Positions 8,901 through 16,515 of a DNA stretch of 24,112 bases are shown here, piece by piece. Source of the DNA: Fibrobacterota bacterium (GTDB lineage: Bacteria; Fibrobacterota; Fibrobacteria; UBA11236); contig JAYUVP010000139.1 in assembly GCA_043753995.1 (NCBI GenBank), positions 1 through 24,112 on the forward strand, given 5' to 3'. A program made the position numbers and the translations under genes. How positions within the stretch are numbered: the stretch's first letter is position 1; each line of letters opens with the position of its first letter. The notes beneath the pieces are model-generated. The model saw only the letters and a program-made list of their open reading frames with translations. It ran no database searches and was not told the DNA's origin.

Positions 8901-9926
8901 GGGGACCAGCGATCCCTTCGAAACTCCCAGCGCGGTCAAGTTGGACTCATTCTCGGGAATGACATGTACAATCATGGTATCGGTGATGACTTGTCCATCA
9001 TCATCCGTGACCTGAAAGAGGATGGATAGGTCCTGGGTGGTGGCTGGGGCTTTGAACGTGGTATCGGATCCAGAGATGGCGAAATCTGAAGTCCCAATTT
9101 TCCATTCCGTCTTGACGATTCGCCCCAACTTGTCTTTTCCTAAGCCATGCAGTTTCACTGTTGTCAGAGAATACACCGTGGTATCCCTGCCCGCGTCGGC
9201 TGTGGGCGGATCTTGCAGCACTTGGACTTCTAATTGTGCAATAGCAGTGGAGTCGGAGTCGACTCTCAAGGCGACTTGATAAGTGCCAGCCTTAGCATAG
9301 CGATGACCTCCGGAAATACGGATCGAATCCCCGTGGAGAGCGGAGGCCGCGCCAAATAAACGGATTCCTTCCTTGCCTTCATAACTCCAGGCAGCATTTT
9401 TCAAGGATCCGCTATCCAAGGTGGCCGTAGCGAAAAAAGAAATGGAGTCGTCGATGGATACAATAGAATCCGGTGTGGCGACGAGGCGTGAGAGCTTCGG
9501 AGATTTGGGTTTAGGTCCGACGACCTTTGGGCTGTCGATGGGCACGACGACAAGGGGGATGATTTCCTTGGTGACCTTGCCCGGAACGCTGCCATCAAAG
9601 CCGCGCCTTTCCTCATAGGCTAGCTTGTGATTCTTGTATCCTTTGAATGTTATTACGATTTTCTGGCCCTGATATCCATCGGCCAATAGCTTATTCGTTT
9701 CGGCCAAGTCGGCCGGATTCCCATCGAATAGGGTGCCTTCGGATCCCGAGGCTGAATCTTTCCATGTGATTTTCAGGCTGTCGAAGGCTGCCCAAGCGGT
9801 ATCCTTCTGGACATTGATATAGGTATGGCCTTCTTCCTTGGTGACATTGCAGGAAAAGACCAGAAACAAAAGGAAGGAAATCAGGACAAAGGCAAGTCGC
9901 CGCTCAATTTTATTTGGGAAGATCAT
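5928..9926 (-). CDS. Giant surface lipoprotein: PKD/Ig-like domains, 7 cadherin-like beta-sandwich repeats, ~4 InlB-B/Flg_new-like repeats
   Basis: Lipobox-like LVFS-C. PKD-like HRYAKAGTYQVAL and PPTADAGRD...VTDDDG. Seven ~95-aa repeats of form L..L.vS.G.L.p.F......Y...V.N.....vNG......i.L..G.N.i.i.VtAe.G..k.Y.i.VtR. Repeats with GYHFVNWS/AYQFTSWSDG/YDFTGWS ending in ANY/ANF. Confidence 0.88.
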   Translation of the reverse strand: MIFPNKIERRLAFVLISFLLFLVFSCNVTKEEGHTYINVQKDTAWAAFDSLKITWKDSASGSEGTLFDGNPADLAETNKLLADGYQGQKIVITFKGYKNHKLAYEERRGFDGSVPGKVTKEIIPLVVVPIDSPKVVGPKPKSPKLSRLVATPDSIVSIDDSISFFATATLDSGSLKNAAWSYEGKEGIRLFGAASALHGDSIRISGGHRYAKAGTYQVALRVDSDSTAIAQLEVQVLQDPPTADAGRDTTVYSLTTVKLHGLGKDKLGRIVKTEWKIGTSDFAISGSDTTFKAPATTQDLSILFQVTDDDGQVITDTMIVHVIPENESNLTALGVSKGSLVPQFAPGQLAYFDTVPNSATSINLRPEGSGVIKVNDVVVKSGETSSSIDLAVGINTLTISVQFENTVAKSYSLKVYRLPASLIADLSALSVSAGALSPNFSSAETSYVVSVPNATTSTTVKATLVDTTSTLTVNGFPLASKAVSGAIHLAIGKNLITLEVTAQGGGKKTYGIQVTRAGNGNPDLSGLSLSAGPIVSAFRPETEVYTLALANSVDSTFVTAITGTATSTLTINGQPALSGVRLLLKIPTGISTINVVVTTPDGNVKSYSIIVTREKNGNSDLSKLISSADTLRPNFDRNTTAYRLAVKNEIGAGTPFTLKPEMSAATSTYALTVNGVVVDSANLTAPIALRVGINSLEIKVRAENGDSKIYSVSVTRAPNGDATLSALTVTPGALDSAFNPADTSYSVAVQNTTTSITVAPTKSVATSKITVNGNPIASGAASDAITLNIGPNILSIVVTAENLATKTYLLTVTRAKNGNTELSSLTPSVGTLSPTFTPSLSDYVFQAAFSDSLVRITPSVTDSHSTLQVNGKALVSGSSSEYQKIQVGENANRFIIVVTAENLAQKVYNVSVNRSPNSQSSLKSLAISNGTLVQISPLVYMDTVSYHTVSVTVTPVVADPNATITVNSTAVASGTASAPITLAVGDNDIQCEVTAQDGKTKTLYTIHVTRFALLTRNRKLGSEVTVLDSVEIPLKLPYSQSAPIVTGYHFVNWSTVNGSATFGDANASGTSVTLPMGNARIQANYDTNTYTLTINTTRGTVARNPDLPAYNHGKSILLTVTPDSAYQFTSWSDGNTTNPRTVTLVANTILSAICTAIPKFPLTLTSLPSGSGSIVASPTGPTYFTGTKVNLTASPATGYHFVNWSGELTGNKNPDSIFMTTSRTVTANFAPNPYTLTVTLPTGLPMGCSTTPAGPVTVDHGIARSITATNCRQSVTSCGSKTVYLYYDFTGWSTVSGTAAFASAGSAMSTVTLSSGDATIRANYAPPRDECE
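6898..8950 (-). repeat. Intragenic protein-level tandem repeat (7 cadherin-like units); boundaries approximate
   Basis: The units end in KVYR, QVTR, IVTR, SVTR, TVTR, SVNR and HVTR; they are diverged at the DNA level. Confidence 0.8.
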
Positions 9927-10563
9927 AAACCTTATCCGCCGAATTATCGGATTGGAGGAGATAAATTGCAGTGCCGCCGATTGCGGCCAAGGTGACCCCG
10001 CCGGCTACCCAGTAAAGGGTTTGCGAAAATCCTTTTTTTGGCTTGGCAACGGACTCATTTGGGGCGGTCATTTTCAATTTGTTAGCAGCAAATTGATTCG
10101 ATTCCGTTTTAGTAGGCTCGGCCTGTCCCAAGGTTTCCTGCCGGATGACATATTCCTCGCGGACCCTTTGAAAAATGTGGTCGATTTCATCGCTGACGAA
10201 CATGTCCACAATCTTGGCCGAAGGAAGCAGGCTCAATAACCGGAACATATAGTTTTTGCCCTTTTCTCGCGTTCTGGGATTGGCCGTATAGATGACAGCC
10301 AAATGCTTGGCGATGAAGACACTATCGCTTTGACTGAACGTTGTATTGGCTTGGGTAAAGGAATCAATGGAGGCGATCACCCGATCGAAGTCGCCTTCGG
10401 TATAGGCCTGGTGGATTTTCTTTTGGTCGAGGGCATACGCCGGGGACGGCGGGAGGGTATGGGTCTCTTTCGCGCCGAGGCTTTCCGGTAGGCAAAAGGG
10501 CAGCCCAAGGAAAACCACAGCCATGGCGCGAATCATTAGTCTCTTGGATAAACCGTTCGGCAT
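9910..10563 (-). CDS. Hypothetical exported helical (TPR-like) protein with a C-terminal hydrophobic segment
   Basis: Signal-like N-terminus (MIRAMAVVFLGLPFCL), helical core AYTEGDFDRVI...FIAKHLAVIYTANP...MFRLLSLLP...IFQRVREEY, and C-terminal LYWVAGGVTLAAIGGTAIYLL. Its stop overlaps the next gene by 17 nt. Start taken as ATG 10563 (the ORF track uses TTG 10614). Confidence 0.75.
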   Translation of the reverse strand: MPNGLSKRLMIRAMAVVFLGLPFCLPESLGAKETHTLPPSPAYALDQKKIHQAYTEGDFDRVIASIDSFTQANTTFSQSDSVFIAKHLAVIYTANPRTREKGKNYMFRLLSLLPSAKIVDMFVSDEIDHIFQRVREEYVIRQETLGQAEPTKTESNQFAANKLKMTAPNESVAKPKKGFSQTLYWVAGGVTLAAIGGTAIYLLQSDNSADKVYDLPK

Positions 10564-10810
10564 AGGTGCCCTCGATGTTGATGCCACAGGAATCTGAATA
10601 GGATGGGTTAGCAAGCTACTTCTTGCGTCTTTTGGCGTAAACCTTTTGGCCTCGGATTCTTGCGGCTACTGAGGGGTTGCGTTTGAGCGCGCGATACGGC
10701 CTTTGATTCAGCGATAAGAATTACTTTTTATATTTGTAACGATAGAAATAATTTAAAGGGGCAGAGGCCGTGAGTTGATTTACAGCTCCGCGAGTCACCT
10801 GCCGGCTAGC

Positions 10811-10884
10811 CGTTCGCAGGGCTATACCCCTGACGGCGCGAATACCCGGAACGCAGGGTAATGCAAAGGTTCTAGGCGCCGTCG
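10811..10884. repeat. Dispersed structured repeat, copy 2 (intergenic, between divergent genes)
   Basis: CGTTCGCAGGGCTATACCCCTGACGGCGCGAATACCCGGAACGCAGGGTAATGCAAAGGTTCTAGGCGCCGTCG; matches 557-631. Confidence 0.9.
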
Positions 10885-11007
10885 CCCGCGGGGGAAGGCG
10901 GGGGGGCGCTCAATCTGTGCCGCCGATGATTTGCAGCCTACCGCATGCTTTGAATGGCAAACAAGTTTATTGATGAGACAGGGCTTGATTTTTTTATGCT
11001 TTCTTCG

Positions 11008-11316
11008 ATGTCACGACTCATCGCAAATTTTATCGCGGGCGCCAGCCTCCTCCTAGGGGTGTCGGGCTGCGGGGATTGCAACCAGCAGCAAGGCGAGACC
11101 AAGGTGAATGATTTCAGGGGCCTCGGACCTTCCGGGGATTACCGTTTTCCCTCACCCCCAAGCACCGACTCCAATATCACGAATTATTCCCTCCGTTTCG
11201 AGAATGATTCCAGCGCCGTCTTAAGCTTTCGCTCGGGGAGCAAGGACTATGTCCTGCGTTACCAAGTGGCTATAGACGGGGAATACACGGTGGAGAAAAG
11301 GCGCTATGCGGAATAA
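11008..11316 (+). CDS. Small hypothetical lipoprotein
   Basis: From ATG 11008: MSRLIANFIAGASLLLGVSG-C (lipobox), followed by a beta-rich body. The ORF track starts at 10954. Overlaps the next gene by 11 nt. Confidence 0.65.
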   Translation: MSRLIANFIAGASLLLGVSGCGDCNQQQGETKVNDFRGLGPSGDYRFPSPPSTDSNITNYSLRFENDSSAVLSFRSGSKDYVLRYQVAIDGEYTVEKRRYAE

Positions 11317-11710
11317 GTCCATTCCCACCTGGCCAAGCGCGTCCTTTCTTGTTTCCACATTTTCTGCTGCCTGCGTTGGTGTTCTCTGGGCCGCTTTCGC
11401 CGCCAGCCCGGCCCGTGCGGATGGAATATCCAAGGCTTGCGTTACGCCCCAGGAGTATGGCCTCGTCAAGAGCACCTTTAAACGGAAACAGCTGGTCCTT
11501 CGCGAATTTCGAGTTCAGGGTGTGATTCAGGACTCGATTCCATCAGGATTCATTGCGGTGCTCGGTGTCGGCGCCATTTCCTTGAGGAATCTGGATACTC
11601 TGAGGCTGGAATCGGAAGACGCCGACAGCCTGGAAACCCGTGTACGGGCCTTTATCGCCAGGAGTGTCCGCCATGAAAATTCCATTATCGAATTCAAGGC
11701 TGCGCCTTGA
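11306..11710 (+). CDS. Hypothetical secreted protein
   Basis: GGAG SD at 11292-11295. The signal peptide ends in ...ASPARA|DG. Overlaps both neighbours, which is operon-like. Confidence 0.65.
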   Translation: MRNKSIPTWPSASFLVSTFSAACVGVLWAAFAASPARADGISKACVTPQEYGLVKSTFKRKQLVLREFRVQGVIQDSIPSGFIAVLGVGAISLRNLDTLRLESEDADSLETRVRAFIARSVRHENSIIEFKAAP

Positions 11711-13052
11711 ATTGAGAGCGGCTCTATTCGCGTCGATTCGAATTCATCCCATGTTGTTCCCTATCCTTCTGCTTTCCATCCCATGGGTTTCTGCGCAGGC
11801 TGGGACTAAGGCGCAAGAAGAAAAATGGGTCTCCTACCAAGTCGAGCCCTATGTCGACTCCTCGGTGACCTTTCGTGAAGCCAAATTTTTGGAAAGCTCT
11901 TCCGGGCTTCTCACCTATGTCTCCGGAGCGATTTTGCGACGAAGTCGACCAAAGGGCATTCTCAGGTGGGAAATCGCTGCAATGGGTATAGACATTGCAA
12001 ATACTTGGATGGATGATTTGTCCTTTCAAAACGGCGCGCGCGGAATGATTGCCTTGGGTCCGCGCCTGGAAAGGGAGCCAGATAACCTGGATAGCGAAGG
12101 ACCATGGGAAATCGCCTGGGAGCCTCGGGTGGTGATGCAATCGCTCAATGACGGCATAGATTGGCAGGCCTTGCCGCTTTCGCAGGCCCATGGCCTTGGG
12201 GCGGTTGCAGGCAAGGGCTTGTGGTGGAGCACCAGTTTCGATCCGCCTGAGTTTTTGATGGCCTCGGGCAATCAAGGGAAAACGTGGCGAAATGTGAAAG
12301 TGGAAATTCCAGGGTATAGCTATAAGGTGATGTCGGTGAAATTACTCGACCCCGATGGCCCTTGGCTAAGCGCGAGCGGTCCTACTGGCGGGGAATATGT
12401 CTTGCATTCTCCCGATGGCGGCAAAACTTGGAAGGACCGGACGCCGCCGGGTTCGAATACCATCATGAATCCGTTTTTCCGGGAAATGGGTGGGCTTCAC
12501 TTCTTGCTGGGGGATACTTGCCTTTATGTGACATCGGATTTCGGGGGCAGTTGGCAGAAGCGACCTCTACCGGATATCCATTTATCAAGGAATGAATACA
12601 AGCTCACGGCCTCGCAATCACGTTTGTGGCTTTCCACGGATTTAAAAAAGAATTTTGTCTCATCCGACGGGGGCCAAAATTGGATTGGACTTACCTGGCC
12701 TTATGCTGAGGGCGAATTGTGGGCACAAGGCCGCCATGTGGTTTTGGAAAAAAAGGATGGAACCCTTTTTGTATCCGATGACCAAGGCCAAAGCTGGGAG
12801 GAGATTAACCTGAAGCCCTTGAAAACAGTATGGAAGGGCCAGTGGCGTGGGCAGGGTTGGGCCGCGACGAATTATGGTCTATATCGCACTTCCGACTGGG
12901 GCAGGCGCTGGCGACGGCAAGACTTGGGTTCAAGCCAAGCCAAAATAGATGTCATCCAAAGCACCGAAATTCTTCGTGACACTTTATTCATCAAAACATC
13001 GACCGGCACTTATTACGGGTCGGGTGAGCCCATCCATTTTCTTCAGCGCTGA
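11673..13052 (+). CDS. Secreted BNR/Asp-box beta-propeller (sialidase/YCF48/VPS10-like fold)
   Basis: Seven Asp-box-like motifs: SLNDGIDW, SGNQGKTW, SPDGGKTW, TSDFGGSW, SSDGGQNW, SDDQGQSW, TSDWGRRW. Signal-like LFPILLLSIPWVSAQA. Start uncertain (11673 or 11751). Confidence 0.8.
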   Translation: MKIPLSNSRLRLELRAALFASIRIHPMLFPILLLSIPWVSAQAGTKAQEEKWVSYQVEPYVDSSVTFREAKFLESSSGLLTYVSGAILRRSRPKGILRWEIAAMGIDIANTWMDDLSFQNGARGMIALGPRLEREPDNLDSEGPWEIAWEPRVVMQSLNDGIDWQALPLSQAHGLGAVAGKGLWWSTSFDPPEFLMASGNQGKTWRNVKVEIPGYSYKVMSVKLLDPDGPWLSASGPTGGEYVLHSPDGGKTWKDRTPPGSNTIMNPFFREMGGLHFLLGDTCLYVTSDFGGSWQKRPLPDIHLSRNEYKLTASQSRLWLSTDLKKNFVSSDGGQNWIGLTWPYAEGELWAQGRHVVLEKKDGTLFVSDDQGQSWEEINLKPLKTVWKGQWRGQGWAATNYGLYRTSDWGRRWRRQDLGSSQAKIDVIQSTEILRDTLFIKTSTGTYYGSGEPIHFLQR

Positions 13053-13076
13053 CCCTCGTTGTAGTGCCCGGCTTAA

Positions 13077-15641
13077 CTAGTGCAATGGATGAAGAAATGT
13101 TTTCCGCACTCTCACCGAATTGAACATATACAGTATCCACAGGCTTGCGGTAATGGAATTGCTAAGGGTTTCTAATAAGTCTTTTTTGCCAACTTCGACT
13201 AGGTCTTGCATGCCTGCGAGAAAAATTAAGCCCGTATCTAGGAGGTCAAAGCCTATGAGCGAGGTTATCACCACGACATAGACCTTCGGGAAATTGCGCT
13301 GTCGTTTGAGGAAAAGGAAAACACATGCGACTAAGGCTCCCAAGCCGGTGATTTGGGAGAACGCTTCAAAAATGAGCAAGGGCTCCCAACCCATGTGAAA
13401 GGCGCGCCCTGTACTCGAAGTTAGCTGTTCCCAGGTGTCGCCATTGAGATAAGACAGAAGATCTTTGAGATTCCAGGTGCGGTATATTAGGCCTGCGAGA
13501 AGCCCAAATCCCACCAGGTAAAGCCAGCCGCCCAAGGAGCGAGGAGCGCCATTCGCCGGGACGGTCTCGCCGATAAGTCCATCTGGGGATTCGAGGCGAT
13601 GGACCTTTAAGGGCTCCATACGTAGGATGCGCTTGAAGCACCAAGTTGCTGCGGCTAGGCAAGCCACTAGGTATAGCAGCCAGAAAAAATTCAGGTGGCT
13701 GCCGAAATATCCCGCTTGGCTCATGGCTTGCATGGTATAGGTGACCCCGAATTCCTCGTTTATTGATTTCAAGGCACTTACATATTTGGCGTACCCCTCT
13801 TGCGGTACATGATCGCTGAGTGATTCATAGGTATAGGATAAGGTGTGCTCCCGGTTACGGCCATTTTCATCCCAAGTGATGATGGCTTCGGGCAAGGCGG
13901 TTCGGCCATTCGAATGCAGCCTGCCCATGTCTTCGGGAAGATGGAGGCGCATGACGGCCTGGACCTTTTTGGGCCAATCGAGGGCATAGGGCGAGTTTCG
14001 CGTTTCGAGTTCAGGTGCATTTAGCAAGCTGCTGAGTTCCAAAGGTGCGAAGCTGCATTCACGCCGGCCTGTATTGGCATCCAGTTCGCATAGGCTGTCA
14101 ATCGCATAAATCTCGCGGGTGGTCACCTCCCCTGTGACTGGGTCTTCCGAATACCTGACCGAATCGATATTGCGTAGCCCGCCATACATGCGGCCATTGA
14201 ATTTGCGATAGCTTTTCTCAAGTTCGGCATAGGAGTTCGCGCCCCATTCCCGCCTGACCCGATCCGCCTCGTGGCCGCTATACACGGTGGTGATACTCAT
14301 TCGCGTCCCTTTTTTCCAATCGGGGATAGTGACATCGTAATCCACCCGAAGGTTGCTGTGGCCTTCGGGAAGAAAGTCTATCGGTCCATAGACGTCGTCG
14401 GCTATGGGCAGGCCACCTTGGTAGGGGGGTGCATCGAAACGCGATGGTCGGCCACGTTGGCCGGTGATGGTGGGATCGTAATACTGGAATTGGCCATCCA
14501 GCTTGACCCTGGCAATCACATGATCGAAAGCCATGGGTGCCGGATTCATCATGGACAAGGTGGGTCCAGCTTCGGTATTCACAAGCACAGGCTCGGCCTG
14601 CATGCCCGTTCGGCCTAGCAAGGTGCAGAAGAGCAAGACCTTTTCTTTGCAGTCACCGAAGCGACGCACGAGAACCGAATCGGGAGGCCGCGGAGCATGC
14701 GATGAGGCTCCCATTTCCATGCCCAGATAGCGAATACTGTCTTGGACGAAGCGAAGGCTTTCCCTGACGCGATCTTCCGGTTTCAATTTGCGCAAGTCGG
14801 CTATGCGCTCTTGCATTTCTTGGGAGAGAGGTTCGGTTTGGCGGTAAATGGTCTTGGCCCAATTCACCACATCGCTCCAGGATCGGTACTCGCTCCATTC
14901 AATGCGGGGATAAAAGGGGTGCCAAGACGGTGCGCCATTCTCGTAGGCGACGGCGGGAACCTGCCGCAAATCCCAGACGAATTCGATCTGTCCATTTTGC
15001 GCTTGGCTCTTGTAGGCGGCTGCCCCGCCATGTCGCTTGATGTTCAGAAGGCGGTTTTCAGGGGCGACCAGGCGCACATGGCGGCGTTGGGTGGGTGATG
15101 CATGGGCGAGGTATTGCCAACCCGACATTTTGCTCAGGAAGACGGGATTATTGCCTTTAAGTGTATAGCTCCAGTCAATGCGATCTCCTAAACGCACATC
15201 TTGTAGAACATAGAGAGCTGTGAGGCGCCCGTCGAGCATGCGCCTATCCCATTGGCTTTCGCGTTGCATGATGGAGGGCTGGATGCGCCCAAGGTTTTCA
15301 ATGGTTTTACCCTCACGAAGGATGCGTAAGTGGTGCGCGATCAAGGTTTGGTATTCGGGATCGAATTCAACGGACAATTCGCTGGAGCTCTCAAGGCCCG
15401 CCACCGAGGTGATTTCTATCACTTGGCGGTGGTATCGCGCCTGATCGGCTACGCTGACTTGGTCATCCCACAAAAGCCAATTTACCCCACCCTCTCCGGC
15501 AGCCTTGGGCGCAGGGGACGACTCCTCGACGGACATGGGTAAGACAAAGGGCAGTGGCGGGCCCACTCGGGGTATTTGGGCAAAGGCCAAATCCATAGTT
15601 ACGAAAATAGTGAAATAAATCACAAAAAGAATTTGGCGCAT
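13077..15641 (-). CDS. DUF3857 + transglutaminase-like domain + C-terminal DUF2569-like membrane domain protein
   Basis: Signal peptide; DUF3857-type LLWDDQV...FDPEYQTL...DVRLGDRIDWSY; transglutaminase triad motifs FVQDSIRY, RFGDCKEK (Cys), FDHVI (His), YYDPT (Asp); one TM helix, then LGGWLYLVGFGL and several more TMs ending WILYMFNSVRVRKTF. Confidence 0.88.
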   Translation of the reverse strand: MRQILFVIYFTIFVTMDLAFAQIPRVGPPLPFVLPMSVEESSPAPKAAGEGGVNWLLWDDQVSVADQARYHRQVIEITSVAGLESSSELSVEFDPEYQTLIAHHLRILREGKTIENLGRIQPSIMQRESQWDRRMLDGRLTALYVLQDVRLGDRIDWSYTLKGNNPVFLSKMSGWQYLAHASPTQRRHVRLVAPENRLLNIKRHGGAAAYKSQAQNGQIEFVWDLRQVPAVAYENGAPSWHPFYPRIEWSEYRSWSDVVNWAKTIYRQTEPLSQEMQERIADLRKLKPEDRVRESLRFVQDSIRYLGMEMGASSHAPRPPDSVLVRRFGDCKEKVLLFCTLLGRTGMQAEPVLVNTEAGPTLSMMNPAPMAFDHVIARVKLDGQFQYYDPTITGQRGRPSRFDAPPYQGGLPIADDVYGPIDFLPEGHSNLRVDYDVTIPDWKKGTRMSITTVYSGHEADRVRREWGANSYAELEKSYRKFNGRMYGGLRNIDSVRYSEDPVTGEVTTREIYAIDSLCELDANTGRRECSFAPLELSSLLNAPELETRNSPYALDWPKKVQAVMRLHLPEDMGRLHSNGRTALPEAIITWDENGRNREHTLSYTYESLSDHVPQEGYAKYVSALKSINEEFGVTYTMQAMSQAGYFGSHLNFFWLLYLVACLAAATWCFKRILRMEPLKVHRLESPDGLIGETVPANGAPRSLGGWLYLVGFGLLAGLIYRTWNLKDLLSYLNGDTWEQLTSSTGRAFHMGWEPLLIFEAFSQITGLGALVACVFLFLKRQRNFPKVYVVVITSLIGFDLLDTGLIFLAGMQDLVEVGKKDLLETLSNSITASLWILYMFNSVRVRKTFLHPLH

Positions 15642-15770
15642 GGCCTGGAAGGTAGGATTTTGCTAGGCTGAAATCGTGCGATGCGGACGTCCTAGTTGGG
15701 TCCAGGATGAATTAATTTTGTTCCTATTTCACCCAGTTCAGATTCGACTTCACTTGGCCGGAAAGTGCGC

Positions 15771-16505
15771 ATGCGACTTCATTGGCTCTTTGCTACCCTC
15801 TCAATATCGGCGGGTTTGGTATTTGCCTCCTGTCGGGGGAAGGAAGCTGCGGTGGACCGTGCAGGCCAAGGGCCAAGGCACGAATCTGCCCAATGGATTT
15901 GGGGTGGGCATGCCATCCCTGCCGGATCGGAAAACAGCACCCTGTATCTCTTCCAGGGCCAGCTTGCAAAATCCGGGGACGGCTACCGCTTCCTCAAGCA
16001 AGGGCTATACCCTTATCCGGCCAAGGCCCGCCAACTCCATTTGGTATTCAGATTGGATGGGATGGATACTTCACAGGCTCTGCCCGCCCTGATGAAGGAC
16101 CTCAGGCAACAATGGTTACGGCATGGCAATCTTGTTCCGGGTTTTCAATTCGATTTTGATTGCCCCACGGGAAAGCTGGAACAATATTCCGTTTGGTTAC
16201 AGGGAATTCGGAAAGCGCTAGGCGGCGATGTCGTGCTCGGCATCACGGGGTTGGCGGATTGGGCTTTGTCGGGAGAGAAAGAGTCCTTGCGGAAGCTGAT
16301 TCTTTCCACGGACGAAACCGTATTCCAGCTTTATTCCGGGCCCCGGAAAATCGCCGATCAGGCCCAGGTTCTGGATTGGCTTGAATCTCTGGGACTGCCT
16401 TATAAGGTCGGATTCCTCTCCAACGATTCGGCCGGTATCGCCCTGCTCGCCAACCCCACCGCGCGCTCCCACTGTCGCGGATACGTCACCTTCCTATTAC
16501 CCTAA
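15771..16505 (+). CDS. DUF3142-family lipoprotein
   Basis: Lipobox VFAS-C. Motifs WIWGG, LYLFQGQ, LVFRLD, WLRHGN..PGFQFDFDCPT..L..Y...L..IR..L.....LGITGLADW and DETVFQLYSG are characteristic of DUF3142. Confidence 0.85.
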   Translation: MRLHWLFATLSISAGLVFASCRGKEAAVDRAGQGPRHESAQWIWGGHAIPAGSENSTLYLFQGQLAKSGDGYRFLKQGLYPYPAKARQLHLVFRLDGMDTSQALPALMKDLRQQWLRHGNLVPGFQFDFDCPTGKLEQYSVWLQGIRKALGGDVVLGITGLADWALSGEKESLRKLILSTDETVFQLYSGPRKIADQAQVLDWLESLGLPYKVGFLSNDSAGIALLANPTARSHCRGYVTFLLP

Positions 16506-16515
16506 GGGAATAGCC

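Noticed and set aside
1207..9618. Numerous short antisense or alternate-frame ORFs inside the three large minus-strand genes
   Set aside because: These are shadow ORFs typical of GC-rich coding DNA; the host frames have clear domain motifs.
557..10884. Repeat pair as CRISPR repeats or as the ends of a 10 kb transposon/prophage
   Set aside because: There are only two copies, 75 nt long and 83% identical, with no spacer array or cas genes. No transposase, integrase or phage gene lies between them.
13053..13076. Intrinsic terminators at the convergent junctions (13052/13077, 18564/18570, 19701/19706)
   Set aside because: No convincing GC stem plus U-tract; the genes abut or overlap.
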